NCBI RefSeq assembly: GCF_001194135.2
Contig: NC_068982.1
Coordinates: forward strand, 89,834,800 to 89,898,799
DNA: 64,000 bases
Reading direction: 5' to 3'
Source: Octopus bimaculoides
Lineage: Eukaryota
Shown here: positions 1-12,222 of the stretch, in pieces
How positions within the stretch are numbered: the first letter of the stretch is position 1
Layout: every line of letters starts with the position of its first letter
Notes under the pieces: generated by a model
Told to the model about the DNA's origin: nothing
Seen by the model: only the letters and a program-made list of their open reading frames with translations
Databases searched by the model: none
Program-made: the position numbers and the translations under genes

Positions 1-325
1 CTGAGGGTCCATATAAAATTTTGGCGAGGTCCACGCAATAAAATAGCAAAGTAGGCATACAAAAAGTATTTTAAGGGCCCGTCAAATAATTTTGCTCTAG
101 ATGTCTGTACTGGTACGTATTCCAAAAAACATCTAGGTTTTTTTTTTCCTTCTCTAACATTTTGCATAATTTAACCTACACAAATCAATGTGTGAAAAAT
201 AAGGTAGGAATTTTGAAAGAAGTATATATGAACTTAGTTTTTAACCATCGAATGGTTATGGGGATCCATCAGAATAAAACAGTTGTCAAAGGGGTCCATA
301 GATAAAAAATGGTTGAAAACCCCTG
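1..325. mobile_element. Right end of a hAT (Charlie-like) non-autonomous DNA element, cut by the window edge
   Basis: Ends in ggttgaaaacccctg (311-325), whose reverse complement CAGGGGTTTTCAACC resembles Charlie/MER5-type TIRs. It is followed by ctctatat, which fits the NTCTANAN-type 8-bp target. The left TIR is outside the window. Confidence 0.55.
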
Positions 326-339
326 CTCTATATTCTTAA

Positions 340-420
340 AGATGACCGGGTGGTCATAGTTTGAAAGGTTTTGATTATAAGTCTGCTCATTAAGGGTAAC
401 ATGGAATTAAACAACAACAA
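340..420 (+). mobile_element. 3' fragment of (CAA)n-tailed interspersed repeat (family E)
   Basis: ggtcatag...ttgattataagtctgctc...aaacaacaacaa is similar to copies at ~1565-1720 (-), ~2212-2510, ~7740-7950 and ~23500-23690. Confidence 0.55.
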
Positions 421-631
421 TCCCTGATACTTATATAAACACCAAAGATTTGAAGGGTGAAGGTCATCCCAAGTGAAATTTGTATCAGAATGCAAAGGAA
501 CGAAATGAAAATAAGTTCTGCAAACTATCTGTTCAAGCACTGTAATGTTTCTGTTTCAATGCTGTGCTAACAAAATATTACGATTAAAACGAAACTTAAT
601 AATAGAGACTTAATTAAAAGGGGACTATTGC

Positions 632-844
632 CAAATTCTAATTTGGCACAAAGCTAGCAATTTGAAGGGGGCAAGTCGATTATATCGATCCCAATACTTG
701 AATGGCTCTTATTTCATCGAACCCGAAAGGATGGAAGGCAAAGTTGAGTTTGATGAGCTTTGAACGTAGAACTTAAAAATCCAGAAGAAATGCCGCTAAA
801 CATTTTGTCCGACGCGCTTACGAATGTCTCAGCTCGCCACCTTA
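632..844 (-). mobile_element. tRNA-derived SINE, family A
   Basis: The reverse complement carries the head ggtggcgagctg...agcgcgtcggacaaaatgtttagcgg and the core ccttccatcctttcgggttcgatgaaataag, shared with many copies in the window. Confidence 0.8.
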
Positions 845-1564
845 GGGACTACTTCTAAATATTTTGTTTTTACTATTTGTATCACTTACATGCGTATACA
901 TTCTCGTATATACATGTCATACCATCCCAATTAGCTAAAGTTTGGTGCTTAGCCAGGACATTGTTTTAAAGGGAAAAGGTACAAGGCGACCAATGACCGA
1001 GTGAATAAGTTATATATTTTAGTATGCCGTAGCTTCTATTTTTTTTTTATCGTGCATGAATTATGTGTTCCTTACGATTATAATCTGTTAGCAACCTTAC
1101 TCCTCGTTTAATAAGAGTTAATTATAACCGTGAAAAGAAAACAATCGTGTAAATACTTTTGTTCTGCAGTTTTAGAAATAAATACAATTACAGAGCACCA
1201 GTATTATTTATAAAACTGGAAACATGAAAGGACATGTGAAATTTTGCAGTCTATCTCTTCTACGATGAAGTATTCTGTGAATTCCATAAGGTCAAGTTAC
1301 TAGAAGTACTGGAGATAAATATATTTCATTAATATTGACCTTTAACAAGTGGAATAACTATTAACCTTTTAAACACTTTTGTTTTTTTGGTTTTTAAAAG
1401 ATACCTTTGATTGAATCAAGATTCTATTATACAGTTTCAAAGTTTGAATTGGGACCTTTGCAAAAGAACCCAACTTTTCTTTTGTCATAGTGTTCAAATC
1501 TTTATGGTTTTGTTAGGTATGAAGCTAACATTCTGAAACGTGTACCACAGTCGTCATCGATATG

Positions 1565-1720
1565 TTGCTGTTGTTGTTTATCAAACTAACCAAGCAGATC
1601 TACGATCAAAGCATTCGAACAATAACTATTTTGCCTTCCTTTTCTTGATGCGTGTATCTAAGACTATATTATTCAATGTGACTAAGAAAAATGACTAGCG
1701 CTTAGAACAGTAGATATCAC
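1565..1720 (-). mobile_element. Family E repeat, 3' portion
   Basis: tgttgttgttta...gcagatctacgatcaaagcattc is the reverse complement of the family E 3' end with its (CAA)n tail. Confidence 0.5.
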
Positions 1721-1865
1721 ATCAGCTGTGATTTAATACAAACTCAAAAGTTTTAATTAAGCTGCTGTCTCATATTAGACTCGACTGTTATGATTTCTTG
1801 ATTCTTGATTTATTGGCAAGTGGTAAACATTTATTGAATAGAATTCAATAATTCAACCTTTTAAT

Positions 1866-2209
1866 GTGGCGAGCTGGCAGAAACGTTAGCACGCTGGGCG
1901 AAATACTTAGCGGTATTTCATCTGCCACTACATCCTGAGTTCAAATTCCGCTGAGGTTGATTTTGCCTTTCATCCTTTCAGGGTCGATTAAATAAATACC
2001 AGTTACGCACTGGGGTCGATATAATCGACTTAATTCATTTGTCTGTCCTTGTTTGTCCCCTCTGTGTGTAACCCCTTGTGGGCAGTAAAGAAATAAGAAA
2101 CGTTAGCACGCCAGGTGAAATGTTTAGCGGTATTTCGTCTGTCTTTATGTTCCGAGTTCAAATTTCGCCGAGTTTCGGGGTCGATAAATTAAATAACCAG
2201 TTGCGTACT
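1866..2209 (+). mobile_element. Dimeric family A SINE
   Basis: Runs gtggcgagctggcagaaacgttagcacg, core, 3' segment, then a second body restarting at aagaaataagaaacgttagcacg. The same junction occurs at ~31790 and ~60540. Confidence 0.85.
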
Positions 2210-2211
2210 TA

Positions 2212-2510
2212 ATTTATCCAGTGAGTCGAAGATTATGATATGTGCCAATATCTTCTCTGGAATGGTTTCTATAGCTGGACACCGTTCCTCATGTCTACCA
2301 CTTTACGGAGAGTACTAACAACGTGTGAACTCAACGACGGTCGTTCATATTGCGAGAAATAAGTGCCCAATATTCTCAGAATCACATTTAACCGTCTTTA
2401 AAAAAAGGGAAAATATTACGTAATGCCATTCTAGGTATACAACGAGAGGATGTGGTTGTGGTTGGAACGCCTCTGATCAAAAGGCTGATTTAGCATACAT
2501 TTACTGCGAT
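2212..2510 (+). mobile_element. Family E repeat, degenerate
   Basis: Contains gagaaataagtgccc...tcacatttaaccgtctttaaaaaaaggg...ctgatcaaaaggctg, similar to the 7740-7950 and 23500-23690 copies. Confidence 0.5.
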
Positions 2511-3714
2511 AACGCATGTTCAAGGTGTAGTTAGTCTGATATCTCTTCACTAAGATCTCTCTCTTTCTGAGCACCCCCTCTTTCTCTCTTCCTCTGCTTC
2601 TGTTTGTCTTCTCTTCTGTGCTGGAAGTTTTACTGCTTTGTTATAAGCTGTATTATAGAAATGATGTGACGCCATAAGACAGACAAATATCAAAATTTTT
2701 AACGTCATTCGAACGGTTTAATTCGATATTTTTTCTGATCTCCCGTTCAGCTTTTATATCTTTTCATGGTACATAGAATAACATGGCTTTTGGTGTTTTT
2801 GTTTTTTACTTTGGAGATCGCAAAGAAATTCTTCACTAGTTATCTTCTCAATGCAAGACAGCTTGACGAAAACGAAGATATCCGCTGTTTTTAATGACGT
2901 CAATTAGATCCTTGCTCTAACTTTTGGAGTTTAGTTCTAGATCTGAAATTAATCGAGATCAATTAAAACGATAAAGGACAATACAGAACTTTCGGTAAAG
3001 AAGCATATTTTTTTAAAGTTCTGAACAAAATATGCTAAGTTCTAAGTATTCGAAAATACCTTAAAAATAAAAGAAAAATACTGAGAAAACGAAAGGATTG
3101 ATAGGTAGGTATGTAAGTTGGTCGATAGATGGATATATGAGGATAGGTTGACGTATTTCGAAAGATTGATAAAGGGAAAGTTAAATATAAAAATACTAGT
3201 CACCACAAGTAAAGTCTAGAATTGTTCCAATTCTTGAAGTAATCCAGAAAATACATGAAAAGACAAATAGAGAGGTAGGCAAGAAGATGGATAAAGTGGG
3301 TGGGTGGGGCTATAGATATATTATTCACTAACTATAGAATCTCTCCAATTTTTTGAGTAAGCACAACCATTAAGTTCTACCATATCTAATATCCAAATTA
3401 TTGATATATTTCGGTCAGCGTTGGCAAATCAACGACTCAATAAAAATTAATGTCACGTGATTTCGATAATATCTCTGTAAAGCCCTTTTTGTAAGGAATT
3501 CTGTAAAACACGATAATATAACGACAGGAAGGAAAGAAAGGAAGCAAGAAAGAGAAAATATATTTAAACGTTTTCATACATTGGTATTATATTATTTCAC
3601 AATTTAGCCTGTCAATAGCATATTATATGGGTTTTAAGCACCAAATAATTTTATATTGATGTATCTGTGTGACCTTTCTGCTAAATTATTATCATTACTA
3701 TAACTATTTCACTC

Positions 3715-4515
3715 AACTGATTTCACCGAGATCGTCTTTGCATTTCATCATTTCGGGGTCGATAAGTACCAGTCAAGTACTGGGATCGATGTTATTGACT
3801 AACTTCCGACCCCTAAAACTACTGGCATTTTGCTAAAATTTGAAACTGCTATTATTTCTATAAGTAGGATGTGGATTGACAGAATCTTTAGACCATTGAG
3901 CAAAATGATTAACTGAATTTTTCCGACACTTTCACGTTCTGAGTACAAACGCCGCTGAGGTCCATTTTGTTTTTCATTCTTTCGAGGTCGTTAAAACTAA
4001 GTGTCAGTTGAGCACTAGGGTCGATGTAAGTGACTTCCCCTTCACACAAAATAGCAGGCCTTGCGCCAAAAATTAGAATTATTATCATTAGACCACTGAA
4101 GGCAGTAAGCTGACAGAATCGTTAGCATACCGGGCAGAATACTTAGCGGCATTTAGTCCGTCTTTATGTTCTCATTTAAAATACCATCGAGGTCGACTTT
4201 ACTTTTTATCGTTTCGGCGTCGATGAAATACGTATCAGTCAAGCACTAGGTCGATGCAATTGTCTATCCCCACTCCTTGCTGGCCTTGTGCCTATAGTAG
4301 AAAAGCGGCGAGCTGGCAAAATCGTAGAATGCCGGGCAAAACGCTTAACGGCATTTCGTTCGTCTACGTTTTCAGTTCAAATTCTGCTGAGTTCGACTTT
4401 GCCTTTCATCCTTTTGAGTTCGATAAAATAAGTACCAGTTGAGCACTGGGGTCGATGTAATTGACTTAGCCCTTCCTCCAAATTTCTGGTGCTGTGCCAA
4501 AATCTCAAACCAACA
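3715..4515 (+). mobile_element. Head-to-tail cluster of four family A SINE copies (~3715-3850, 3865-4085, 4100-4305, 4306-4515)
   Basis: The core (gactttgcctttcatcctttcggggtcgataaaataagtaccagt-like) recurs four times in the same orientation, separated by short att/tag-rich tails. Confidence 0.8.
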
Positions 4516-4585
4516 TTAACATTAATAGTAGTGGTAGTATTCGTAATAAAAATAAGTGTATGTATAGCTGAGTTCGAAAATATAT

Positions 4586-4745
4586 AGGTAAGAAGCTCAC
4601 TTTGCAACCTCGTGGCTTCGGTTCAGTCCCACTGTGGAGCACCTTAGGTAAATACCTTCAACTGTAGCCCCGGACCGACCAATATCGTGTGAGCGAATTT
4701 GTTAGATGGAAACTGTGTGGAAGCCCGTCGTGCATATATACATGT
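4586..4745 (+). mobile_element. CORE-like tRNA-derived SINE, family B (OR2-like), 5' half
   Basis: ggtaagaagc...ggttcagtcccactg...caccttaggtaaatacc...ggaaactgtgtggaagcccgtcg: a tRNA B-box-like head followed by a caccttgggcaagt-like CORE motif. Confidence 0.75.
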
Positions 4746-4867
4746 GTGTGTGTATGGTGAAAAAGAAAGCCAACCCCGAAAGTGTTGAAACTTGACACGT
4801 AAAGTGACGTAACTAAATATCGCAAGGTAGGGCATTTTGTTAGTTGCTGCATTCTGCTACCTACCTC

Positions 4868-4974
4868 CTGTTAGTAGTAGTAGTAATAGTAGTAGTAGTA
4901 GTAGTGATGGTGGTGCGAGTAGTCTTCATAGTAATGATAGCAGCAGCAGCAGTAGTAGTAGTAGTAGTAGTAGT

Positions 4975-5015
<41 letters not shown>

Positions 5016-5116
5016 TAGCAGCAGCAGCTGTAGTGATGGTAGTGGTAGTAGTAATGTTAGCGGTGATGATAACAGTCATAGTAATGATGGTAGTAGTAGT
5101 AGTAGTAGTAGTAGTA
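4868..5116. repeat. Compound (AGT)n/(AGC)n trinucleotide microsatellite
   Basis: Directly visible. It explains the poly-Ser, poly-Val and poly-Thr ORFs in the track. Confidence 0.95.
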
Positions 5117-6479
5117 TGAAAAATTCCAATCTCCAGTTAAATTCATAACCCAGAGCAACTGTAAATCCTATCTCTATTCATATATCAAAGATTTAAGCTT
5201 TTCTGATGAAGCGTACAGAGAGAATATCCAGAAGTAAAACTGTATATAATGTTTTAACTTTATTGATTTGTTCGTTTGCTTGTTTATTTTGCTTTGCAGT
5301 TCAAATCCTATTTAGCACTTTCTTCCAGCCAACGTTACAGAATTTAAACATTAGTTATGCACAATGTCGATTCTAGTGACAGCTTCTACCTGCTGCAAAA
5401 TTTGTTCATGTACTTAAAACAGGAGAACATCATTAAACGATGAACAAACATGAAATATGTAAGAATTTCTAACTGCCTGACTGTGTATGACATTGACATT
5501 GTCAAAAACGCAATATGTCTAAAATATTATTTGACCAATCTGTCAAATATTATTACATTGAAATGTTTCAATAACTTTATTGAATGAGAAGTGACAACTA
5601 TTTCGTTCCATGATCACAGATTAGTAAATCATTGCCGATAACACGACTCTTCATACTTACTGCGTCGAGGAGCAAAAGATGCAATTATATGATTGGTTTT
5701 AGCTGCTGTTTACCTCACTATCGTCACATCCTCCCATATAAATTCTGCTTCGTCATCCGGGTCACGGACACACTCTTATTAACATATTTATCATCTAGTA
5801 ACTGCACATTTCTCTTACCTTTTCTTCTTATCTGCTTTTTATCGCTGGTTCTGTAAACCTATAAACCCAGTGCTACCATAAACATTAAAAATACATTTTC
5901 TATCTTTGACAAAGGGCTTGGCTCCGCATTACTCTTGTCTCTTCACGGCACACGAACTCATCCATATTTATCAAATTTCCTATTAGCTGATACGGCTGTG
6001 CTATTTTCATTCCTCGATGAAACTATTTAATTCACTTGCATTGGTAATACATTTGGGAAAGTTACGAATGTTACACTCTATTTTTGCAATCTCCTAAATT
6101 ATTGAACATTTTTATCTAATGAAACAGAAGCCATTATTTATCTATTTATTTACCATTTCCAATTTCTGGGTGCTTTATAAACAGAATCATCCGTGATATG
6201 AAGGGAATAACTCACCAAACTCTATTCACTTGAGCGCAGTACTGTAAACTGACAAAACACTTCAGGATTTGTGCTTTATAATGCCCTTATAACTCACGAA
6301 TGTTCAGGAGACAACGCGAAAACCTCCATACGATTATTCTTTATGCCGGATATACCCTACTATCTTACAAATAATTAACTATCCTAAATGTAATATGCAA
6401 GGAAATAAGAAAGGATAGTTACAGCTAGAGTGCTAGTGGGACAATAAGGATTGGTCATAGAAAGCCATAGCTGGACATT

Positions 6480-7720
6480 TACAACATGGAAACAGTATCA
6501 ATGAGATTAGCAAAATAATAGCATTTTTATAAACTTCAAAAACACTGATTGGAACCGTTTCTATCAAGCGAAAGAATTAAGGGTCACTGAACCTTTTCCA
6601 TCATAGATACTGCAGTACATCTTATTTTCAAGTGGTCGCAACCGAAATGTGTTTCAGTACGTTAAGTCAGGGATCTTTGCTCATCTTGAGCTTTGGTAGG
6701 TTCTCATAAAATTTGATATGGCCTGGTTGTTAGTATGATAGCAGTATATAGATCCAATGAAATAATAATAGACACTTAGAAAATAATACTCCACAAGTTA
6801 ATATACAAATATAACACAGATTACACTACTGAAATAGACCCCCCCCCCCAAATAGTCGCAATCTCAAACACAGCACATCAACACGTCACACAACCGAAAT
6901 GAAACTCAGCATTAACAGTTAAAGAAGAAAATAACATATAGAAAAGCAATAAAAGAACCTGGCAAACATTTGTATCCAGTATAAACCACAAATCAAAGAC
7001 GATGCGAAATAATTAGCTGCGTTTACAGCTTTAGCAATTCAGATTTCATGTCACAATCACAACTCCACAATATACACACACTCCAACTACTAACAAATCA
7101 TCAATCAAAAACCACAGAAAAGAGACGGGAACATAAATAAAAAATTTTAAAAAATTACACAGCTTCTACCTGGATCCTGACGTTAAGTTTCACTTCTATA
7201 TATCAAACCCCGGAAAAGTATTGTGGAAAGCTCAAAACTTAAAAAGCGTTTCAGCATATAAATTTTTTCACCTAAGATTTGAAGGAACCAATGCAATTGC
7301 TAACACTTACATTTACTCATTGTTTTCAAATTTTGACACAAGACTGGCAAGCTCGTGGGAAGGAGGTGGTCGATTACATCGATCCCAGGGTTCAACTGGT
7401 ACTTATTTTATCATCGCCGAAAGGATGAAGGGGAAATCAACGTCGGTGAGATTTTAACTCAGAACGTAAAATCGGAAGTAATGCCTCTAAGCATTTTTCC
7501 CGATGTCGTAGCGAGTTTGCCAGCTCGCCACTTTATATTTACTCATATTAACATCACTATATCCCAAGGTTCTTTAAACAGAAAAATAATCCTAATTGAA
7601 AACCTGAGTAAAATAATACCACACACACCTTGCAATCCTCTAAGAATATGCTCAAAAATTTTAGAAAGTCTCTTATTCTCATTAGATAACATAAAACGTT
7701 AATGGAGAACTACATACAGA
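6480..7720 (+). pseudogene. Very decayed APE-type LINE remnant (I/Jockey/R1 group), interrupted by a SINE
   Basis: Manual translation gives INFKNTDWNRF (~6530; cf. NFKKADW linker), KRTWQTFVSSINHKS (~6955) and IILIENLSKII...SKILES (~7590-7670; cf. IIPIPKPGK...KILE). Many stops and frameshifts. Confidence 0.35.
7322..7532 (-). mobile_element. Family A SINE
   Basis: cgattacatcgatcccag...ggtacttattttatcatcgccgaaaggatgaagggg...cagctcgccac is the reverse complement of the family A consensus. Confidence 0.85.
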
Positions 7721-7739
7721 CAACAGAGTCAATAAAGAT

Positions 7740-7950
7740 GCTTCGGTGAAGCCTTTCGACCTGCTGAGAGCAGCCCAAAACCTCTCTCAAATCAAATTCT
7801 ACTGTCTTAATAATAAAAAAAAAAATTAAAAGAATATACATTCGCTACTGTGGTCTTAGAAATTATGTCTGAATAAAAGGTGGAAAGGATGCCGCATTTT
7901 TAGTAATTCATCTACTCGATTAGAGCTGCTCTGGGCTAAACAACAACAGA
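7740..7950 (+). mobile_element. Family E repeat
   Basis: gacctgctgagagcagcccaaaacctctctcaaatc...ctgtcttaa...gagctgctctgggctaaacaacaac, including the (CAA)n tail. Confidence 0.6.
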
Positions 7951-9129
7951 CAGTCATATTAGACAGAAGGAAGAGTACAACATATCCAAACTGTCATACT
8001 CTTTAGATTGGAATGTGAAGATTAGTCATAATGGCATATCCAGAGCTATGGATCTATCAATCACACCTTACCGATCTTCTGACTATCTAAGCGCACTAAG
8101 TATACTTGGTGAGCGTTACATATCTACATCAGCAACAACAATGTGTTTACACACACTTGTAAACAGGCAGACAATGACAATAATAGTGAAGTGTCTTGTC
8201 ACAGACATGGGCACAGCACAGTGACATGGGCATCTTATAATTCTGGTGATGGAATACAGTTTACCTGTCGTTTTACCATTAGGCAAATCTATATCGACTC
8301 GCTTAACTGCCATTCTCTTAAGGGCAGCAGGCACAGATGTTGTAAGTTTTTTTCAAGCCTTTAATAATGTTTTGTCGAAGTGTGGCATCAAAATGCATCC
8401 ATGTCTTTGAATAAACGATATGATTTTACATTTTGAGTTTGACTAGATATAATTTGCCTAGAATGCAATACACGATAATGGATGTTAGTTTCTGAACGTA
8501 ATAGCAACATATAATAATTAATCGAAATATAATAGAAGTCCCGGAAATGAATTGAAATTTCAATCTAAATTGGCAATGCAATTAACCTTAAAACAAAGAT
8601 ACGAATACTACTAAATCTATAACATTTCAGAATTAAGTTCTTTGTTATCCTCTCCCACTAAATTACACTGATTAAGTAAAGAGATTTCTTATACAGAGTA
8701 TCTCATGTTGTTTACTATGGACCCGATCTGGAGTATATAATACTGTAATCGTACTAAATGACTCCCTTATAATTGCTTAGACAAGTATTTGTAATCTTTG
8801 CTTTTGCTAAGGAAACTTAATAAGACTGAAACTTATCCGAAGTTATCTCTGACACACACCCAAATAGAATAATAATCAGATGTTCGACACATCAAAGCAT
8901 CTAATTAGATTTGTTAATGATCACTGCAATAAATATATTAGCACTAACGTAACTATTATTATTGCATTTGTTACTTCTTTTTGCTAAATCTGTATACAAT
9001 ATATACTACATTTTTTTTCAATCCTTCACTTCTGTGAAAATCCACACTTTATGCTTTTTATTGTATCTTCCTCCTCATCCGTTGCCCTGGTACTGTTTAT
9101 ATTATTATTACAACGCTAAAAACAACACC

Positions 9130-10810
9130 AACAACAATAAATGAAGTGAAACAGCAATATTAGAATAACGACTAAAATGGTAACCGAACAGACAATAAAA
9201 ATCTCGAACTGAAAATGCCCAGACCCGGATGGGGTACAAGGATATTGGCTGGAAATTTCCCAGCTCTAGACTGAAGAATAGCCAGGCAAATGGATAAAAT
9301 GATCAACAACGTGCTGCAAATCTTAAAGTGACTGACCACAGGTAAAACAATTCTTTGCCAAAGGATTCCAGTAAAGACAATGCAGTGGATTACTGGCCTA
9401 TCACTTGCCTGCCCCTGATGTGAAAACTCATGACAGGAACTATATTTAATTATGTGTATGACTTATTGGAAATGAATGACAAACTGCCAGTGGAACAGAA
9501 AGGAGGCAGAAAGAAAAATCGAGGAACAAATTACCAACTTTTGATAGACAGAATGGTACTGAACGACTGCAAGAAAAGACTTACTAACCTGGGCATGGCG
9601 TAGATCAATTATAAGAAAACGTGTGAAAATCTTGAGCTTGTACAGGTGTCTGATAACATAAAAATTTTATTTTGAGATCAATGAAGAACTAGAATACAGA
9701 GTTAACTTCATGTGGAAAATTTTTGGCGAGAGTTAACATAAAGAGAGGCATATTTCAAGGAGACAGCCTATCACTATTGCTGTTTGTAATTTGTAGGATA
9801 TCGGAGTACACCTTGAAAAGTGGAGTAAAATTAAACCATCTGATATATATGAATAACTTAATGATCTTTGGGAAGACCGAACGTGAAATAAGTGGCCCAG
9901 TTTCAACAGTGCAGATATTCAGTAAGGATATCGGAATGGAATTTGGAACTAAAAAGTGTGGTATGTTTATAATACAAAAAAGCAAAATAGAGTCGTCTGA
10001 TGGTGTACAATTACCCAACGGCGAGAAAATCAAGGCTATCGAGACTGATGGATATAAGTATCTGGATATTTTGGAATATGAAAAAATCGAGGAAAGTGAA
10101 ATGAAGGAGAGGTTTAGGGGAGAATATCTCAGAAGAACCAAATTAATTATAGGAAGTAGGCTCAATGGAAAAAAAAACAAGATCAGGGCAATGAACACAT
10201 TGTCTGTTTCTTTAATGCGATATGGTGCAGGTGTTGTAAGGTGGACAAAGAACGAATTTGAGGAAATGGGCAGGAAAACTAGGAAAGTGATGACAATTAA
10301 CAAGGAACTACACCCCAAAAGCGATACTGACAGGCTGTATGTGCATAGGAACAGGAGAGGCAGTGTGTTCATAGGATTCAAGATCTGTGTTGTCAACGAG
10401 AAGAAAAGTCTGGGATAGTACGTTAAACAGCAGAGTGAATCCTTGCTGCCCACTGTTAGAATCAACAATATAATACCTACCGAAAATGCGAATCATTTAA
10501 GAAATAAGATAAAGAAGAAAGAGTAAACAACTGGAAAATGGAACCACTGCATGGGCAATATCTCAGAGAAATCGAAGGAAAAGACAAGATCAACACTTAG
10601 AGATGGCTACCAATAATTGTCAGAGCCCTAGGAACAGTGAGTAAAAATTTTGAGAAGTACATGAAATATAGGGGCTGCAATAAGGATGCAGTACTTGCAG
10701 AAAACAGCACTGTTGGAACCACACAAATACATCGGATTGTGTTCGAAAAATAAGGGATGTTACCTTAGTTTACTGGTAGCGAACAGCTGACAACGTTGTA
10801 CATCTCCAGC
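9130..10810 (+). pseudogene. 5'-truncated, inactivated non-LTR retrotransposon, R4/Dong-like (RLE-type) reverse transcriptase
   Basis: Motifs across frames: PDPDGVQGYWL, YWPITCLPL, LPVEQKGGRK..RGT..QLLID, RGIFQGDSLSLLLF, LNHLIYMNNLMIF (decayed YMDD), MEFGTKKC, GYKYLDILE, LHPKSDTDRLY, PLHGQYLREI, then IIVRALGTVSKNFEKY...LQKTALL. Includes ORF 9723-10418. Confidence 0.9.
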
Positions 10811-10814
10811 CGGA

Positions 10815-11056
10815 GGCGAAGGCAATTTTTATTTGTCTAGTGGCTGTAGCAAAAGAGGTAGTATGGTGGGTCCGTTTGAAAGGATTAGAGACAGACACTT
10901 TCCTTTTTGGCCAAGCTATCATCAATTTTTTCAAGTTTCACTTGAAAAGGAAGTTGAGGGTGGAGAAGGAAGTGTTGCCTTGTAGCAAGTTTGTTGAAAG
11001 GTGGGTGAATGTTGGAAGAATGGCCAGTGTGAAAGGACCAAATCTTAGCGTGCACC
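10815..11056 (+). pseudogene. C-terminal fragment of a Tx1/L1-like LINE ORF2
   Basis: VAVAKEVVWWVRLKGLETDTFLFGQAIINFFKFHLKRKLRVEKEVL...RWVNV resembles Tx1-type ORF2 C-termini as I recall them. Not verified by search. Confidence 0.5.
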
Positions 11057-11168
11057 TGTTGTCAGCTGGGCATGCTATATCTATAATCCAGCATCGTTTA
11101 CTTTCTTTCTCAATTAACACTATGTCTGGTTTCCTACTCTCTATGTCATGGTCGCACTGAATCATAAG
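11055..11168 (-). pseudogene. Restriction-like endonuclease (RLE) catalytic segment of an R4/Dong-like element
   Basis: IQCDHDIESRKPDIVLIEKESKRCWIIDIACPADNR matches the PD-(D/E)xK-type RLE motif RxPDI...IIDIAxP. Confidence 0.85.
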
Positions 11169-11174
11169 TGAGCT

Positions 11175-11385
11175 AGTAGTATTGTTAGAGTGTCGGAATA
11201 AATGCTTAGAAGGTATTTCGTGCGTCTTTACGTTCTAAATTTAAATTCCACCGACGTCTACTTAGCCTTTCCTTCTTTTCGAGGTCGATAAAAATAAGTA
11301 CCAGTTGAGTACTAGTGTTGATGTAACCGACTTTCCCCCTTCCTCAAAAGTTCAGTCATTGTGCCTATAGTAAAAAGATGGCCGA
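11175..11385 (+). mobile_element. Family A SINE
   Basis: gtgagctag...gttagagtgtcgg...aaattccaccgacgtc...gaggtcgataaaataagtaccagttgag...gtgcctatagtaaaaag. Confidence 0.8.
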
Positions 11386-12075
11386 ATCGGTAAATTGCCG
11401 GAAAATTGTCTTACTAGGTCGGCTTTAACTTTTATATTTCAATATAAATATAGTACAAGTCAAATACTGTGATCGATTCTATCGATTGTTCAGTTCCACC
11501 CCACTACACCCATGGAACAGTTTGCAGTCTATAAATCAGTTTCAACAGCTTCTTTGCTGACTATTAAAACAATTTCAAGAGTTAAAATTTATTGCAAATT
11601 TCTGAAATAAATAGAAATTGATGAAATAAATAAAAACAGCAGTGAATTTTTTAAAAAAACGTCATCAACCTCAGAAAAGTGGGTTTATCTGCGATGTTCA
11701 AATTGAATGCAGTGTATTTGTATCAATTGGACAGTTTATGTAAGGGCCATTTCATAACTATAACTGTGCATTGTGGTTGTTTTCACTACGGCAGATAGGT
11801 AGGTGTATTGCTGTACTCTGAATGGTCTGAGAGTCTGGCATATTTTGTCGATAAAATATCTGGTAGTTGGTCTTTAAAGCATTGAATTGGCAACATTGCG
11901 CTCCATTCACGACCAAATTACAAAATACCAACCCAAAGAATATGCATTATTTTCTACAATAAAATGAACGCTCACACAGAGTTCATGTGTATCGGCGTTT
12001 GGAAATTCAGAGTTTTTATAAAAGAAATATTGCCTCCATTAGAAATGCAAATTTCTACAGGAAAATGTTCACTAA

Positions 12076-12222
<147 letters not shown>

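Noticed and set aside
4837-5148. Poly-Ser / poly-Val / poly-Thr ORFs
   Set aside because: These are translations of an (AGT/AGC)n microsatellite that is open in several frames, with no splice or domain evidence.
5203-5240. Extra hammerhead-like core (CTGATGAAG...)
   Set aside because: No intact GAAA box or stem II.
8807-8835. Hammerhead-like CTAAGGA-aacttaataagact-GAAAC
   Set aside because: The invariant G5 is mutated, stem II has mismatches and there is no stem I. It may be a relic but is unsupported.
9755-10468. 237-aa minus-strand ORF (likewise + ORF 49294-49806)
   Set aside because: Antisense shadows of the R4/Dong RT remnants, with no motifs of their own.
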